Of a DNA stretch of 64,000 nt, positions 28,193-37,163 are shown one piece after another. The position numbers were made by a program, and so were the translations under genes. Positions within the stretch are counted from its first letter, which is position 1, and every line of letters starts with the position of its first letter. The notes under the pieces were generated by a model. It did not search any database. It saw only the letters and a list, made by a program, of their open reading frames with translations, and had not been told where the DNA came from. Source of the DNA: Spirochaetota bacterium (GTDB lineage: Bacteria > Spirochaetota > UBA4802 > JAFGDQ01); NCBI GenBank assembly GCA_043803405.1, contig JAZDKB010000013.1, positions 24,658 through 88,657 of the forward strand. The letters run 5' to 3'.

Positions 28193-28239
28193 ATTGCATA
28201 TTGCAATTTAAGAACAAATAAAAGCTTGCAATATGCAAT
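28193..28239. promoter_or_regulatory. Putative upstream activator sequence for the sigma-54 activator
   Basis: ATTGCATATTGCAA (28193-28206) and its exact reverse complement (28226-28239). Confidence 0.65.
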
Positions 28240-28397
28240 CCAAACATAGCTAATTATAACAATAATACAAATAGTCATATAAGATTTTAAAAGAATACCG
28301 CAACTTTACCAAATCATAATAACAATTAAATCAAAAACCTAATAATTTCTATATTTTGTTAATATTTATCTCACTATTTATTATAATCACTAAAATT

Positions 28398-28413
28398 TGG
28401 CACGGATTATGCA
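28398..28413 (+). promoter_or_regulatory. Sigma-54 (-24/-12) promoter
   Basis: TGGCACGGATTATGCA = GG-N10-GC. Confidence 0.8.
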
Positions 28414-28518
28414 TAATAAACATGTATTATAATAACTTATTGACCAAAGGCAGCAGGTTATTTGGGTCAGAAGAAAGTTATTTATAATATAGTTAAATTT
28501 TACAACTGGAGAAAATCA

Positions 28519-28878
28519 ATGATTGCCCTTTCAAGTACAGACGGGACTCTGGACGGCAGGATGGATGAGAGATTCGGCAGGGCCAAAAAGTTCGTAATAT
28601 ATAATTCTGAAACTCAGGAAAGCAAAGTAATAGACAACAAGCTCAATATGGATGCTCCACAGGGAGCAGGCATTCAAACTGCACAGAATGTTATTAATGC
28701 AGGAGCAAAAATTGTTATAAGCGGACATATGGGACCTAATGCGTTCAAGGTGCTTGCTGCTGCAGGCATTGAAGCATACGTTGCTTCGGACATGACCTGC
28801 AGTGAAGCGCTTAAAGCTTTTAAAGAAGGAAAGCTAATAAAACTGACAGACGCCAATGTAAGCGGGCACTGGATATAA
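28519..28878 (+). CDS. NifB/NifX family protein (Orp-like)
   Basis: RFGRA..F, GAGIQTAQ, SGHMGPNAF, NVSGHW; start at ATG after GGAG. Confidence 0.9.
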   Translation: MIALSSTDGTLDGRMDERFGRAKKFVIYNSETQESKVIDNKLNMDAPQGAGIQTAQNVINAGAKIVISGHMGPNAFKVLAAAGIEAYVASDMTCSEALKAFKEGKLIKLTDANVSGHWI

Positions 28879-28934
28879 TTTGTCGAAGCAGCAAATAATC
28901 TCTAAAATAAAATATAAAAAAAGATAAAAAGCAA

Positions 28935-29798
28935 ATGAAAATAGCATTCGCAAGCGGGAAAGGCGGAACCGGTAAGACTACAATTGCGGTCAATTTCGCT
29001 TATCATCTTGCTAAGACCGGACAAAAAGTGCAGTACATTGACTGCGATGTTGAGGAGCCAAATGGACATCTTTTTCTTAAGCCGGCTGCTTTGGAGAAAA
29101 AACCTGTAAAAGTAATGGTGCCGGTTGTGGATCCGGACAAATGCACATTCTGCGGGAGATGCGGCGCTGAATGCAGGTTCAATGCAATAGTAAATCTGAA
29201 AGATAAAGTTATGATTTTTTCTGAGATGTGCCACAGCTGCGCGCTTTGCGTAAAAATATGTCCTGAAGGAGCGATAAAAGAAGAAGAACGGGAAATCGGG
29301 TACATAGAGCAAGGCATGGCAATGAATAAAATCAGCTTTATTCAGGGTGTACTTAATGTAAGCGAACCGATGGCCGGGCCTGTTATTATGGCAGTGAAAA
29401 AATATTTTAAAGACGGATATATAAAGATTATAGATGCTCCGCCGGGTACTTCGTGCCCTGTTGTGAAAACTATTGCTGACTCTGATTTTGTTGTTTTTGT
29501 CACGGAGCCGACGCCATTCGGACTTCACGATTTAAAAATAGCAGTGTCTGTTGCTATTAACATGGGTAAACCTGTTGGAGTGGTTATTAATAGAGATGGA
29601 GAATACCCGCCTTTAAGAGAATATCTTGCCGAGAATAATATCCCATTACTTATGACTTTGCCTGACAAAAAAGAAATAGCTGAGGCTTATGCACGCGGAG
29701 AGATTATTCTAAACTCATTCCCGCAATACGCGAAAAATTTTATCATGTTAGAGAATACTATTCTGGAGTTACTTAAATTAAAGGTTATTAAAAATTAA
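28935..29798 (+). CDS. MinD-like P-loop ATPase with inserted 2x[4Fe-4S] domain
   Basis: SGKGGTGKT, DCDVEEPN, CTFCGRC, CHSCALC, DAPPGTSC, TEPTPFG. Confidence 0.92.
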   Translation: MKIAFASGKGGTGKTTIAVNFAYHLAKTGQKVQYIDCDVEEPNGHLFLKPAALEKKPVKVMVPVVDPDKCTFCGRCGAECRFNAIVNLKDKVMIFSEMCHSCALCVKICPEGAIKEEEREIGYIEQGMAMNKISFIQGVLNVSEPMAGPVIMAVKKYFKDGYIKIIDAPPGTSCPVVKTIADSDFVVFVTEPTPFGLHDLKIAVSVAINMGKPVGVVINRDGEYPPLREYLAENNIPLLMTLPDKKEIAEAYARGEIILNSFPQYAKNFIMLENTILELLKLKVIKN

Positions 29799-30683
29799 AT
29801 GGGAAAAATAAAAGAAATCGTCATAGTCAGCGGGAAAGGAGGCACAGGCAAGACTTCTTTGACTGCATCGCTTGCTTTATTGTTTAAAGGCAAGGTCATG
29901 GTTGACTGCGATGTTGACGCGGCAAATCTGCATTTGATACTTAACCCGGAAAAAATAATACGCCAAAGCGAATTTACCGGAGGCAAAAAAGCGGATATAG
30001 TTCCCGAACGCTGTACAAAATGCGGGGTATGTATTGAATCCTGCCGCTTTGACGCAATATCTCCGGATTTTATCATTGATCATGCTTTATGCGAAGGGTG
30101 CGGAGCATGCTTTGCTCTCTGCCCGCATTGTGCAGTTGATTTTTCAGAGCATACAGGGGGCCACTGGTATGTGACGGACATGGGCAATAACGAACGCTTT
30201 GTTTACGCTGAAATGCTTCCGGGTGAGGACAATTCCGGTAAACTCGTATCAGCTGTGCGCAATGAGGCGCGCATCGAAGCTGATTCGGTAAACAGCAGTC
30301 TTATTGTAATTGATGGGCCTCCTGGCATAGGGTGCCCGGTAATCTCTTCCATAACAGGTACAAAACTTGTAATTGTTGTTACGGAACCAACTCCGTCAGG
30401 AATGCATGATCTTGAGCGCGTAATTGCGCTTGCGAATCATTTTAGAATAAAAACCGCTGTCGTGGTCAATAAAAGCGATATCAGTCTTACATGGCTGAAC
30501 GCGGTAAAAGATTACTGCACTATTAACAATCATTATTTCCTTGGGGAAATACCTTATGAAACCGCGATCACGGAAGCACAGAAGGCAGGGAAGTCCATTA
30601 TTGAGTATAAGCCAGAATGCGAGGCAAGCATTGCCATTGAGGTTATTTTTGGAAAACTGCAATTGATGCTGGAAAATATATAG
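29799..30683 (+). CDS. MinD-like P-loop ATPase with inserted 2x[4Fe-4S] domain (paralog)
   Basis: SGKGGTGKT, DCDVDAANL, CTKCGVC, CEGCGAC, DGPPGIGC. Confidence 0.92.
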   Translation: MGKIKEIVIVSGKGGTGKTSLTASLALLFKGKVMVDCDVDAANLHLILNPEKIIRQSEFTGGKKADIVPERCTKCGVCIESCRFDAISPDFIIDHALCEGCGACFALCPHCAVDFSEHTGGHWYVTDMGNNERFVYAEMLPGEDNSGKLVSAVRNEARIEADSVNSSLIVIDGPPGIGCPVISSITGTKLVIVVTEPTPSGMHDLERVIALANHFRIKTAVVVNKSDISLTWLNAVKDYCTINNHYFLGEIPYETAITEAQKAGKSIIEYKPECEASIAIEVIFGKLQLMLENI

Positions 30684-30763
30684 CAGAATAGAAGCAGGCA
30701 TTATTGGTTAAAATATTAATCATAATTTATAAAATAAAAAAGTAATCAATTAAGGAGACTACT

Positions 30764-31099
30764 ATGAAATATGCAATACCAACTTACGGAGGAACACTCT
30801 GTGCTCACTTCGGACATTGTGAAACTTTCGCGCTTATTGACACGGACCAGGATGGCAAACTTGTAACCGAAACAAGTGTAACGCCGCCGCCTCATGAACC
30901 CGGGCTTTTGCCGAAATGGCTTTCTGAAAAAGGAGTTAACTGTGTAATTGCCGGCGGTATGGGAAGCCGCGCTCAGCAGCTTTTTGCAGCAAACGGCATA
31001 AAAGTAGTTACTGGTGCAATGGGCGGCAAGCCGAAAGAAATTGTGGAACAATATCTTAAAGGAGCTCTTCAGACCGGCGCCAATACATGCGATCATTAA
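30764..31099 (+). CDS. NifB/NifX family protein
   Basis: HFGHC, PPPHEPG, AGGMG, NTCDH. Confidence 0.9.
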   Translation: MKYAIPTYGGTLCAHFGHCETFALIDTDQDGKLVTETSVTPPPHEPGLLPKWLSEKGVNCVIAGGMGSRAQQLFAANGIKVVTGAMGGKPKEIVEQYLKGALQTGANTCDH

Positions 31100-31231
31100 T
31101 TTACCGGGAAAAGAAAAAAGAATTATTGAATAATTATTTTATAATTCTTATTAAGTTGCCCGCTTTAGTATTAAATTATTACTAAGCTCGTTAATTCCAT
31201 ATTTAAAAGAAACAGCTAATGCGTTATTAAT

Positions 31232-31612
31232 ATGAAACATGAAATGACAGCAGTGTCGGTTTATAAGGAACGGGTTTCGCCTTTACTTGATGTTGCGAAA
31301 AAATTTGCCATATACGAGATCAGAGAAGGTAAAATTAAACAAAAAATCGTTGCTGAAATACATACTGATGATGAATCGCAAAGAATAGATAAACTAAAAG
31401 AGATAGGTGTATCTGTAATTATCGGCGGAGCCGTCAGCTGTTTCATGTCTGAAATAATCCATGAAAAAGGACTAAAGCTGTTTTCATGGGTCAGCGGCCC
31501 GGTTGACAATATCATTGACTTATATTTGAAGAACAGGTTATATTCAATAATTCCTGATATGCGCAAGTGCAGTCGCGTTAAGCGGCGAAGACAATGCAGA
31601 CATGAAATCTAA
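31232..31612 (+). CDS. NifB/NifX-like protein with basic tail
   Basis: RVSPLLDVA, IIGGAVS, WVSG. Confidence 0.75.
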   Translation: MKHEMTAVSVYKERVSPLLDVAKKFAIYEIREGKIKQKIVAEIHTDDESQRIDKLKEIGVSVIIGGAVSCFMSEIIHEKGLKLFSWVSGPVDNIIDLYLKNRLYSIIPDMRKCSRVKRRRQCRHEI

Positions 31613-32444
31613 AATTACTGTAATATGTGAAAACAGCGTTTACCTGCCTTTCAGGTTAATCGCCGAGCACGGGCTTTCATTTTATATTGAAAACGATGAT
31701 GTAACGCTATTCGATACAGGACAGGGTTTGGGCATTATAAATAATTTGGCTGTTACAGGTAAAGACATTCATGCCATACGCCGTATTGTTTTAAGCCATG
31801 GACATTATGACCATACGGGCGGGCTGTTCCCGGTATTGAAAGATATCGGCGGAAAAATTCCGGTATATGCCCATCCGGGCATTTTTAACCGCAAATACGC
31901 CCATCATTCCGAAATGGGAACGATCATTGAAAGGTATATCGGGATTCAGAAAGAACGGGCAGTGTACGAAAAAGCCGGTGCTGAATTCAGATTTATTAAA
32001 GGTTATACTTCCATTACTGAAAAAATATCTGCCCTTTCCGAAGTCAGGAGGCCGTCCAGCTGGAAAAGCTGGGACGTTCGCCTAAAGCAAAATACTGACG
32101 GAGAGATTGTTGACGATCCCTTTATGGATGATCTTTCGCTTATCGTGGAAACGGATTCCGGCCCTGTTGTTCTTCTGGGCTGCGCTCACGCTGGGATCAT
32201 TGAAATACTGAACGATATCTCATCGTGTACCGGACACAGGGAATTTTTTGCAGTTATCGGTGGAACTCATCTTGCGGGTGCGCCGAAAGAATATGTACAA
32301 AAAGCTATTGATACATTGAGATATTATAAAGTAAAAATAATTGCTCCCTGTCATTGCAGCGGATTTGAGATAGAATGTTTATTTAAACAGGAATTTAAAG
32401 ATACATTCTGCCGCGCTTCTGCGGGAACTGTGTTTGAATTTTAG
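31602..32444 (+). CDS. MBL-fold metallo-hydrolase
   Basis: AEHGLS, LFDTG, SHGHYDHTGG, GCAHAG, GGTHL, PCHCSG. Confidence 0.9.
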   Translation: MKSKITVICENSVYLPFRLIAEHGLSFYIENDDVTLFDTGQGLGIINNLAVTGKDIHAIRRIVLSHGHYDHTGGLFPVLKDIGGKIPVYAHPGIFNRKYAHHSEMGTIIERYIGIQKERAVYEKAGAEFRFIKGYTSITEKISALSEVRRPSSWKSWDVRLKQNTDGEIVDDPFMDDLSLIVETDSGPVVLLGCAHAGIIEILNDISSCTGHREFFAVIGGTHLAGAPKEYVQKAIDTLRYYKVKIIAPCHCSGFEIECLFKQEFKDTFCRASAGTVFEF

Positions 32445-32618
32445 AATGCTAAAGGCATAAATTTAGGTAGAACAAAAATGCCTGTTGATTTTTGAAGCAA
32501 ATTTACAATACAATTAAAACCAGGTGTTGGAAATATTTTACTTGTATGTAATTGCGCTATTTTTATAAAAATAAATAATAAATGCAATTTGCAATAAAAT
32601 CCTTTTAATGAGTTTAAA

Positions 32619-33143
32619 ATGGCATTACATAAAATTATTTTAAAGCCTCTCGGTATAATATATACGCCGTTTAAAGACGTTTCGGATAATGTTCCCATAC
32701 AGGGACGCATGGCTCCTAAAGCTGAAGGTTATATTAAATTATATAAAAAATACCTGGACGCGTGCAAAGACCTTGACGGGTTTTCCCATGCAATTATTAT
32801 ATATTATTTTCATAAAAGCAAAAAAGAAAGACTCTCGGCAAAACCGTATATGGATACAGAAACAAGAGGGATTTTCTCTTCGAGATTTCCGCACAGGCCG
32901 AACCATTTAGGATTGACTCTTGTAGAAATTATCAGTATAATTAATGGCGTAATTAAAATAAAAGGCGCGGATATGTTAAACGGCACTCCGCTGCTTGATA
33001 TAAAACCGTATAATCCGGCATTTGATACAGTCAACAACTTGGATGTAAAAACCGGATGGATGACAAAATATACGTCTGGAAAACGGAAGCCGGTTATTTC
33101 AAAAACTGGCAGCCGTGACGATTGGTTAAATGAATCACATTAA
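32619..33143 (+). CDS. tsaA: tRNA m6t6A37 methyltransferase TrmO/TsaA family
   Basis: LDGFSH, GIFSSRFPHRPN, GTPLLDIKPY. Confidence 0.88.
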   Translation: MALHKIILKPLGIIYTPFKDVSDNVPIQGRMAPKAEGYIKLYKKYLDACKDLDGFSHAIIIYYFHKSKKERLSAKPYMDTETRGIFSSRFPHRPNHLGLTLVEIISIINGVIKIKGADMLNGTPLLDIKPYNPAFDTVNNLDVKTGWMTKYTSGKRKPVISKTGSRDDWLNESH

Positions 33144-33179
33144 TGATTTTGAATATAAAATAATAAAACGGAGTTAGAT

Positions 33180-34049
33180 ATGGCTGAAGAAAAAGAAAAC
33201 CTAGAGAAAGAAGGCAATGGGGGAGGTTCTCATGGCCAAAATAAACAGGCTGAAGATACTGAAGCGCTTCGCAAAAACATGGCCAGGATAGCGAATAAAA
33301 TCATAGTACTTTCCGGCAAAGGCGGGGTAGGGAAAAGCACTGTTGCAGTAAACCTTGCAGCTTCGCTTGCTGAAAAGAAATTCAGGACAGGGCTTCTGGA
33401 TATAGACATGCACGGCCCAAGCGTGCCGAAGCTTCTGGGTCTGGAAAACAAGACTTTGCAGATTGCGAACGAAAAAATCCAGCCTGTAAGCTACAACGAA
33501 TATCTTAAAGTAATGTCAATCGGGTTCATGCTTCAGAGCAGCGACGACGCTGTAATCTGGCGTGGTCCTGTTAAACACAGTCTTATACAACAGTTCTTAA
33601 AGGATGTTGAATGGGGCGATCTTGATTACCTGATAATCGATTCGCCTCCCGGTACAGGCGATGAGCCTCTATCGATCAGCAGATTCATTGAAGAACCGAG
33701 GAGCGCGATCATTGTCACAACTCCTCAGGATGTCGCGCTTTCGGATGTACGGAAATCGGTCACATTCTGCAAAAAAATTAATCTGCCTATACTGGGAGTA
33801 GTTGAAAATATGAGCGGATTTACGTGCCCTCATTGCGGGAAAACAACGGATATTTTTAAAACAGGCGGCGGCCTCCAGATGGCGACAAGCATGGGAATAC
33901 CTTATCTTGGGAGTATACCTATTGAAGCACAGATTACAAAAAACGGCGATTCCGGCGAGCCTTTTGCCAGTAAAAGGGAAAAAGACAGTTCCGCACATCA
34001 GAACTTCTCGGATATAGTTGAAAAAATAATTCTATCAGGAAAAAAATGA
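33180..34049 (+). CDS. mrp: Mrp/NBP35 Fe-S carrier ATPase
   Basis: SGKGGVGKST, DIDMHGP, WRGP, DSPPGTGD, ENMS..CPHC. Confidence 0.93.
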   Translation: MAEEKENLEKEGNGGGSHGQNKQAEDTEALRKNMARIANKIIVLSGKGGVGKSTVAVNLAASLAEKKFRTGLLDIDMHGPSVPKLLGLENKTLQIANEKIQPVSYNEYLKVMSIGFMLQSSDDAVIWRGPVKHSLIQQFLKDVEWGDLDYLIIDSPPGTGDEPLSISRFIEEPRSAIIVTTPQDVALSDVRKSVTFCKKINLPILGVVENMSGFTCPHCGKTTDIFKTGGGLQMATSMGIPYLGSIPIEAQITKNGDSGEPFASKREKDSSAHQNFSDIVEKIILSGKK

Positions 34050-34276
34050 ATTATTTTTCATAAGCTTTAACCCGATTTATCTCTGATAACAAAAATTTTA
34101 CTGGACAAAAAATAAATTAAATTTTTAAAATATTCCGAAAACTAAATTTAGCAGGCTGACATTCTTAAAATATTATTTAATTTGCAGCAAATTAAATAAT
34201 ATTTTTCAGTAAAATTATTATCTGCAGATTTATTATTATTTCCGCTTTATCTTTTTTTTATTATGGGGGTACAGGC

Positions 34277-34747
34277 ATGAACATGCGATCTTTATTTATT
34301 TTTTTCTTTTTAATAATAAATTTAAACATACTGCCTGCCAATATTAAAACTGATATTGGCCTTACGCCGCAAAAAGCCCCTAACGGGAAATGGGGCTATC
34401 TTGACGATAAAGGTTTTTATAAAATCAGACCGCAATTTGAAATGGCATTGCCATTTAAGGAAGGTCTGGCCTTAATTTCAGTATGCAATAAATACGGTTT
34501 TATCGACGAAAAAGGCAAACCTGTGATACGCCCGCAATTCGATGAAGCGCGCAGCTTTTCCGAAAGCCTTGCCGCAGTTATGATCTATGACCAGAAATCA
34601 AATAAAAAATGGGGTTTTATTGATAAAACCGGCAATTTTGTCGTTTTCCCTCAATATGACGACGTTACTGATTTTAGAGACCTTGAAGCACAGGTCAAAC
34701 TGAATGGAAAAACTTTAACTATAAACAATACCGGCGGGTACATATAA
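34277..34747 (+). CDS. WG-repeat secreted protein
   Basis: Three KWGY/KYGF/KWGF-ID repeats; signal peptide. Confidence 0.85.
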   Translation: MNMRSLFIFFFLIINLNILPANIKTDIGLTPQKAPNGKWGYLDDKGFYKIRPQFEMALPFKEGLALISVCNKYGFIDEKGKPVIRPQFDEARSFSESLAAVMIYDQKSNKKWGFIDKTGNFVVFPQYDDVTDFRDLEAQVKLNGKTLTINNTGGYI

Positions 34748-34928
34748 AATACCTTTGAAGCATTATAATTTATTATATTAAGACATTGGAAATTATTATA
34801 CCAATTTTAAAATTGCAGTAGTTTAATTTTTTCAGGACAGCTTTCCGCATTAAATATTCTATGTTAAATTGAATTTTCCCCCTGAATGTTTTTTGAATAA
34901 AATCTATCATTAAATTCCGGAGAAGAAA

Positions 34929-35453
34929 ATGCTTTACAGTTTTGACGGCAGAAAACCAACCATAGGCATTGATTCCTACATCAGTGAAACCGCAATTTTA
35001 ATAGGCGATGTTATTATAGGCGATAATTGCTATGTAGGGCATGGAGCAATATTAAGAGGGGATTACGGCACCATAAAAATCGGTTCCGGAAGCGCTGTGG
35101 AAGAAGGAGCCATTATGCACGCTCCGCCGGACGGCTTAAATAATATAGGAGAAAAAGTTACGATAGGCCACGGCGCAAAACTGCATGGTCAAGAAGTCGG
35201 GAATAACGCGGTCATAGGCATTGGAGCAATTCTCGGCCTGCGCTCCAAAGTCGGTGCGTGGGCGATAATAGCCGAAGGTTGTGTCGTTAAATCAAGGCAG
35301 GAAATACCTGACAAAGCTGTTGCTGCAGGAAATCCGGCAAAAATAGTGCGGGACATTAGCACTAAAGATGTAGAATTCTGGACATGGGGCAAGCAGCTTT
35401 ACATTGATCTGGCAAAAAAGTATCTGAGAATAGGAATGCACAGAATAGATTAA
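34929..35453 (+). CDS. Gamma carbonic anhydrase/PaaY-like hexapeptide-repeat protein
   Basis: LIGDVIIG, LRGD, TIGHGA.LH, GNPAK. Confidence 0.88.
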   Translation: MLYSFDGRKPTIGIDSYISETAILIGDVIIGDNCYVGHGAILRGDYGTIKIGSGSAVEEGAIMHAPPDGLNNIGEKVTIGHGAKLHGQEVGNNAVIGIGAILGLRSKVGAWAIIAEGCVVKSRQEIPDKAVAAGNPAKIVRDISTKDVEFWTWGKQLYIDLAKKYLRIGMHRID

Positions 35454-35472
35454 TTTACAGGAGGCTAATATA

Positions 35473-35829
35473 ATGGATATAATAGCGATCATTATCGGTG
35501 TCTGCACAGGCGTTTTAGGCGGACTGCTGGGCATTGGCGGAGCTGTAATAATGGTTCCTGCCCTGATTATTTTTCTAAAATTCAACCAGCACCTTGCTCA
35601 GGGAACCGCCCTTGCCGCCATGATCCCGCCAATCGGCCTTTTTGCGGCTTACGAATATTATAAGAACGGGCATGTTGATGTGAAGGTGGCAATATTGATC
35701 GCTGCGGGTTTTTTAGCCGGAGCGTTCGCAGGAGCAAAGCTGGCCGAGCATATAGATGCAACGATATTAAGAAAAGTATTCGGTTTTATGCTTCTTGCAA
35801 TTTCAATTAAAATCATTTTAACAAAATAA
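35473..35829 (+). CDS. TauE/SafE (DUF81) family membrane protein, half-size
   Basis: GLLGIGG..VP, AQGTAL, four TMs. Confidence 0.8.
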   Translation: MDIIAIIIGVCTGVLGGLLGIGGAVIMVPALIIFLKFNQHLAQGTALAAMIPPIGLFAAYEYYKNGHVDVKVAILIAAGFLAGAFAGAKLAEHIDATILRKVFGFMLLAISIKIILTK

Positions 35830-35859
35830 TTATTTTATCCGGCATTATACTTTAATACT

Positions 35860-36396
35860 ATGAAAATTGTTGCATTTCTTGGAAATCCGGGCAGAAAATA
35901 CGAACACAACCGTCATAATGCGGGTTTCATTACAGGCAAACTTGCCGCAGAATATTTTAACATCATACCGAAAAAAAAGGAATTTCATTGCTATATCGGA
36001 AGCGTAAAACTGGAAGGCAATGAAGTATTGCTGATCTTTCCCGATGCATTTATGAACAGCAGCGGTGTTGCAGTAAACGAAGTAATGAGATATTATAATG
36101 TAAACCCGGAAGATCTGATCGCGGTTCACGACGAAATCGAGCTGCAATTCGGCGTTGTTAAAATTAAATTCGGCGGCGGGCATAAAGGCCACAACGGCAT
36201 CAGGTCAATTATTCAGAGCACAGGTTCGGCCGATTTCAACAGGATAAGGATCGGTGTAGGCCGGCCTCCGGACTCCGGAATTAAAGTTGCAGATTATCTT
36301 TTATCCGACTTTTCGGATGAAGAACTTATTAAAATAAAAGAGCTCGCGCCCCGGATTATTCAGTCAATACATTCTTTAATTATCCCTGCCCCTTAA
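35860..36396 (+). CDS. pth: Peptidyl-tRNA hydrolase (catalytic residues intact)
   Basis: LGNPG, RHNAGF, FMN, HDE, GHNG, RIRIGVGRP. Confidence 0.93.
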   Translation: MKIVAFLGNPGRKYEHNRHNAGFITGKLAAEYFNIIPKKKEFHCYIGSVKLEGNEVLLIFPDAFMNSSGVAVNEVMRYYNVNPEDLIAVHDEIELQFGVVKIKFGGGHKGHNGIRSIIQSTGSADFNRIRIGVGRPPDSGIKVADYLLSDFSDEELIKIKELAPRIIQSIHSLIIPAP

Positions 36397-36501
36397 TAAC
36401 TCATATAATTTTTTATTTGCATATATTTACATCCGGCGTTATAATTTTTCAGGTGCCTATTACAATGGCCACTGTTTATTTTGCCTGAACAAGGTTATAA
36501 A

Positions 36502-36873
36502 ATGAATTATATAATGATAATCGACGATTCGATAACTATTCGAGCAATAGTTGAACTGGTATTGAAAAGTCAGGGTTTTGCGGTAATTCATGCGGAAAAC
36601 GGCGTAAACGCGTTATCAAAAATAAGCGAAATAATGGAGAAAGGTGATGATATTTCATTGTGCATAACGGATATAGATATGCCTGTTATGGACGGAATGA
36701 CATTTCTCCAGGAATTTAAAAAATTATATTATTACATTCCTGTTATAATGCTGCATACTGAAGCAGAGGAGATATTAATAAACGAATGCAGGGAATTAGG
36801 CGCGTCCCATGTTCTTTTAAAACCTTTTAAACCGGAAATACTTATTAATGCAGTTAAAAAGCTGATGAGATAA
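36502..36873 (+). CDS. Single-domain response regulator (CheY-like)
   Basis: IIDDS, TDIDMPVMDG, KPF. Confidence 0.88.
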   Translation: MNYIMIIDDSITIRAIVELVLKSQGFAVIHAENGVNALSKISEIMEKGDDISLCITDIDMPVMDGMTFLQEFKKLYYYIPVIMLHTEAEEILINECRELGASHVLLKPFKPEILINAVKKLMR

Positions 36874-36908
36874 AGAGTTAATCTAATAAGATCTAACGGA
36901 GACAACAA

Positions 36909-37109
36909 GTGAAAAAACTGCTAGGTGAATTGTTAATTGACGGCGGGGAAATTACACGCGAACAGCTTGAAGAAGCGCTTAAAATTCAAAAAAAAGACGG
37001 GGACCTTCTTGGCGCTATTCTTATGAATCTCGGTTATCTGGATGAAAGCACTTTACTGGAATTTCTAAAAATGCAGGGTACAAAAGTTAAGATTCACAAC
37101 AAAAATTAA
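36909..37109 (+). CDS. Stand-alone MshEN-like small protein
   Basis: Tandem LG.LL..G.I...QL..AL..Q and LG.IL...G.L....L...L..Q motifs; GGAG RBS. Confidence 0.7.
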   Translation: MKKLLGELLIDGGEITREQLEEALKIQKKDGDLLGAILMNLGYLDESTLLEFLKMQGTKVKIHNKN

Positions 37110-37163
37110 TTCGAACTTTTATATGGCTTCTTTATTATGATTAGGCAATAATTATTATATATT

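Noticed and set aside
1170..31612. Nitrogen fixation cluster suggested by NifB/NifX and NifU-like genes
   Set aside because: No nifH/D/K/E/N or radical-SAM NifB; the gene set matches Orp-type clusters
32581..32596. Second activator site ATGCAATTTGCAAT upstream of tsaA-mrp
   Set aside because: Single copy and no GG-N10-GC promoter downstream; may be chance in AT-rich DNA
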